Part shown: piece by piece, positions 60,871-64,000 of the stretch | Position numbering within the stretch: the first letter of the stretch is position 1 | Layout: each line of letters begins with the position of its first letter | DNA from: Lama glama | Lineage: Eukaryota | Direction: 5' to 3' | Assembly: GCA_028534125.1 (NCBI GenBank) | Contig: CM052816.1 | Span: 12,650,001 to 12,714,000, forward strand | Length of the DNA stretch: 64,000 nucleotides | Made by a program: the position numbers and the translations under genes | The notes under the pieces: model-generated | Databases searched by the model: none | What the model saw: only the letters and a program-made list of their open reading frames with translations | Told to the model about the DNA's origin: nothing

Positions 60871-61797
60871 CCTGTCTTTCTGTTTTAGCATCTTGTGCCA
60901 ACTATGCCATAACATGCTTCACAGACTATTTATTTCTCACTTGAAAAAAATTGATGCCAGACTCAGGTTGCTTTCAAAACAAAGGATGTGAGGCCCAGAA
61001 CACTTAAACTGCGGGCTGACTGCTGAAGGGAGGAAAGAGAAACATATTGAGAAGGCAAAGCACAGCGGGGCTTGTTGACGGTCTGTCGTAAACTTGGTGA
61101 GATAAATACATGCGTCGAAGCAAAGTCCTGTATTTCATGTGCCGATTTCATGAAAAGAAATGGTGATAGCGTCTCAATACTCCATTCAGAGAGACTGGGG
61201 AACTCCACGTGGATTTGGATTTTAACTACGCGTGTGTTTAGGGAAGGATTTGGCTCAAATGACCTGGATAAGGTAACAAAAACGCTATGAATTCACAGTT
61301 TCCCCCTTGCCTTTGCTTGTAGGGGCAAGGTGAATGGCAAACTTTGTTGAGGCTGTTATATTAAACTCTGCCGATACTTTGAAATATCAGAACAAGGTTC
61401 CTAGCATGGCGATTACATATACTTTGCCTTTTAGCAGTCCACGGTTTGCATTACTGTAACTAGTTCATGCACGGCCAGTATTCGTTTAAGTCATTAATTT
61501 GACTCAGAAAAAAGGTATATACAATAGAGATTAATCTTGTGGGGGTAGGTAGCAATTGGAAGGGGGCTTTGAGATTGCCTATTTCCAGAATGTTCTATTT
61601 CCAGAACTGAGTGTTTTTTAGTTTGTGAACCTGTGCTCTTATGATATATGCACTTCCCTAAATGCCTGCTTTCATTAAATAACATATTTAAAAAGAAGGG
61701 TGCGTGGCAGGGGTGGAATTTTAAATTTGGCAGCATTTTTAAGGTGTGGCAAAATCTTCAAAATCACAGGTTGTTGTAGAAAGGAGTTTCATCAATT

Positions 61798-62130
61798 CCA
61801 GAGGTTAGAAACTTGTGGTCCGTATGCCACTAGCCACGTTCAAACCCACAGATGTGTCTGGCTCATGAGTTTAAACCAAAATCAAATTAATTGTGAACCA
61901 TTCAAAACTGAGGGAATTCACATCAAAATCCAGATTGTGGGCTTCCTTTGAAGAGTGAGCAGATCTTACAGCACGGGGCTTACATCACCACATGGCAACA
62001 ATCTGGTAGAACAAAGTAGAAGCTGCCTCCTGTACGCAACCTGAGCTTTCCACTTTGTCACAGTCTCCAGCACGCCCTGTGGTCTCTCCCACAAAATGTG
62101 TGACCTCTGTTGCCTGCCAGTGAATCTGGT
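61798..62130 (+). mobile_element. MER102-like hAT-Charlie element
   Basis: CAGAGGTTAGAAACT...CCCACAGATGTGT...AAAATCCAGATT...GCAGATCTTACAGCAC...CCACATGGCAACAATC. Confidence 0.6.
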
Positions 62131-64000
62131 TGAATGTGCAATTACTGATAGCCTGATGGAAAATTATAGTGAGTCACAGAAACCCAGATACCTGGAACTT
62201 TTTGCTGTGGAGTGAGGTTTGGTTTATAGAGAACACAATGAAATGTGGGTTTGGTCATTACATGGTTAACCACCTCAAGGAAGGCAGTCTGAGCGGAGAA
62301 TCTGACTCTGTAGATCTGTCTGACTTGTGCTTTGTAGATACAGATGAGACCTTCATCCCCGCTCACCATCCATATGTGCTGAAGACCACTAGGTGATGCT
62401 TTTGAACTGAAGTCAGAGGAATGAATTCCAAACGACTCCCATGCACATGTTTGGAACAACCATAAAAACTAGCTTTTCAGGCTGCAGCTGTAGTCCTTTG
62501 GTTAATCGCATCTCCGGTCCCTGGGATGCAAGCTTCACTTAAAAATGAAGTGAGGCAAGACCTGGGACTGCTGTGCTCTGTGCTGGAGTGGTCCCCACTG
62601 CCGGCCCACACAGATCACTTAAGAAAAGGCCAACAGGATGGGGATGAGTGTGGAAAGAGAGCCTCAGAATCAGCTGCAGAGCTCAGGCTCCCGTGTCAGA
62701 ATCAGGGAACCCAAGGAGGCAACCCAAAAACGCTTATAGACCCTGACAGTGGGCAACACCGGAGAGGCAGCTACAACTGCAGCATGTGAGGTTGACGACC
62801 CATGCGTTGGTCACCAGTGTCCTTGCGACAGCTGTTTCCCGGTGTTTCCAGCTAATGTGTGATCAGGTCGCAGCAGCTGCCTCATTTACCGAGAGAGAGG
62901 ATTTGTCTTTGCTCATGAGCTATTTTAGAACTGGTGACATTTTCCAAAGGCATTGGTGTTCTTGTCCTATCTTGGTTTTAAAATACTATGGATTTTATAG
63001 ATTTTTTTTAAAACTTATTTGGGCCTTGCTAGATTTTTAGTTAAAATTGGGCCTTCTCTAAATGGTTCTAGGGTTTGGAAAATGGGAGTAGCCTGTGGTA
63101 TGCCTGAACAGAACTCCATCTCATCATTGGTGCCTGTTGTCTGAGAGTCCTCACCGAGGGGGACGGAGAAGAGGCTTCATGTACAGAAAACTCTTATGAC
63201 TGGAGCGGTTTGATAGTGAAGTGCTGACCTGTGGCGTTCCTCAGGCCAGTTAGACACCAGCACACAGAGAATCAGGTCACTTGTCCATGCTCGCAGGACA
63301 AGTTAGCAGCAGGGATGACTCTAGGACCCCAACCTTTGGTTAAGTCAGGCTCCCTTTTACCAAGTAAAGTTGAAAATTCAAACAACAATCCAAATCATTT
63401 GGTCCAGGGACCATTTGGAGTGTGTCAACAAGATGGCAATTTCTACAGAAAGTGAGGATTTCTATCTATGAAAACACAAATGTTTCCAAATATCTGCATC
63501 TTTGGTGTCAAGTGTGTGAGCATGTGAGACTCTTCTCAGAGCCTCTGAAAAAATTTTGCTTTTCTATTAAAAACAAAAAGTGTAATAATACAACTTGTGG
63601 TGTTGTAACGAGGGTTAAAGTTAATGTTATACAAGGCGTCAGTTCACAGACACACAGCCTGTCTGCCAAGTCACCTCCTTGGGCTCATGTCCCAAATGCC
63701 GTGCACGTTTTCCTGTGGGCCCCAGATAGTCCCCATCACACATTCAGCTTTAATATAGTCAAGGCACCTACGATTATCCAAAGTACTTGTTTGTTTATTT
63801 ACAGTTTGTCTTTTGTCAAGAAAATAAGTTTCAGACCCCAGGGCCCTTACCTGCCGGATTTGCTGCTCTGTCTCGAGGACCTTGAACAGTGTCGGATACA
63901 CATAGTAACCCTTGGTAAATAGGTAAATATTCTTCAAAGGAATAAACAAATAAATTAATAAATGATATTCTTATCGTCTGTTGTCATGGTCAGAAACTAC

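Noticed and set aside
60466..60915. 149-aa minus-strand ORF over the CpG patch
   Set aside because: Stop-poor frames are expected in GC-rich DNA. It is Arg/Pro/Ala-rich with no recognisable homology.
63422..63922. 166-aa ORF near the window end
   Set aside because: Non-ATG start, overlap with L2-like 3' sequence, and no recognisable motif or exon structure.

Overview
This is mammalian nuclear DNA, probably from a camelid: it carries four tRNA-Ala(AGC)-derived SINEs of the Vic-1 type and cetartiodactyl-type L1 3' ends. The only protein-coding gene I can support is a complete, intact YIPF5 on the + strand. It has a non-coding exon 1 ending at 2865 and five coding exons (3405-3514, 9654-9826, 10688-10833, 12834-13015, 14298-14460) totalling 774 nt, or 257 aa plus stop, with a 3'UTR reaching about 16.36 kb. 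It is driven from a CpG-island promoter with ETS, NRF1 and CCAAT motifs that is probably bidirectional; in human, KCTD16 lies head-to-head with YIPF5. The remaining ~47 kb is gene-poor and rich in transposon fossils, including five ERV1-like solo LTRs within 16 kb and several clean nested insertions. There are two assembly gaps, one flanked by a 578-bp near-identical duplication that is probably an artefact. I found no convincing new biological system. The best leads are non-coding: a tail-less SINE head fused to a CpG-rich patch with divergent splice donors, an orphan CpG island, a CTCF site, several compact motif clusters and a mosaic LTR family. Repeat family names come from my recall of consensus sequences, not from a database search.
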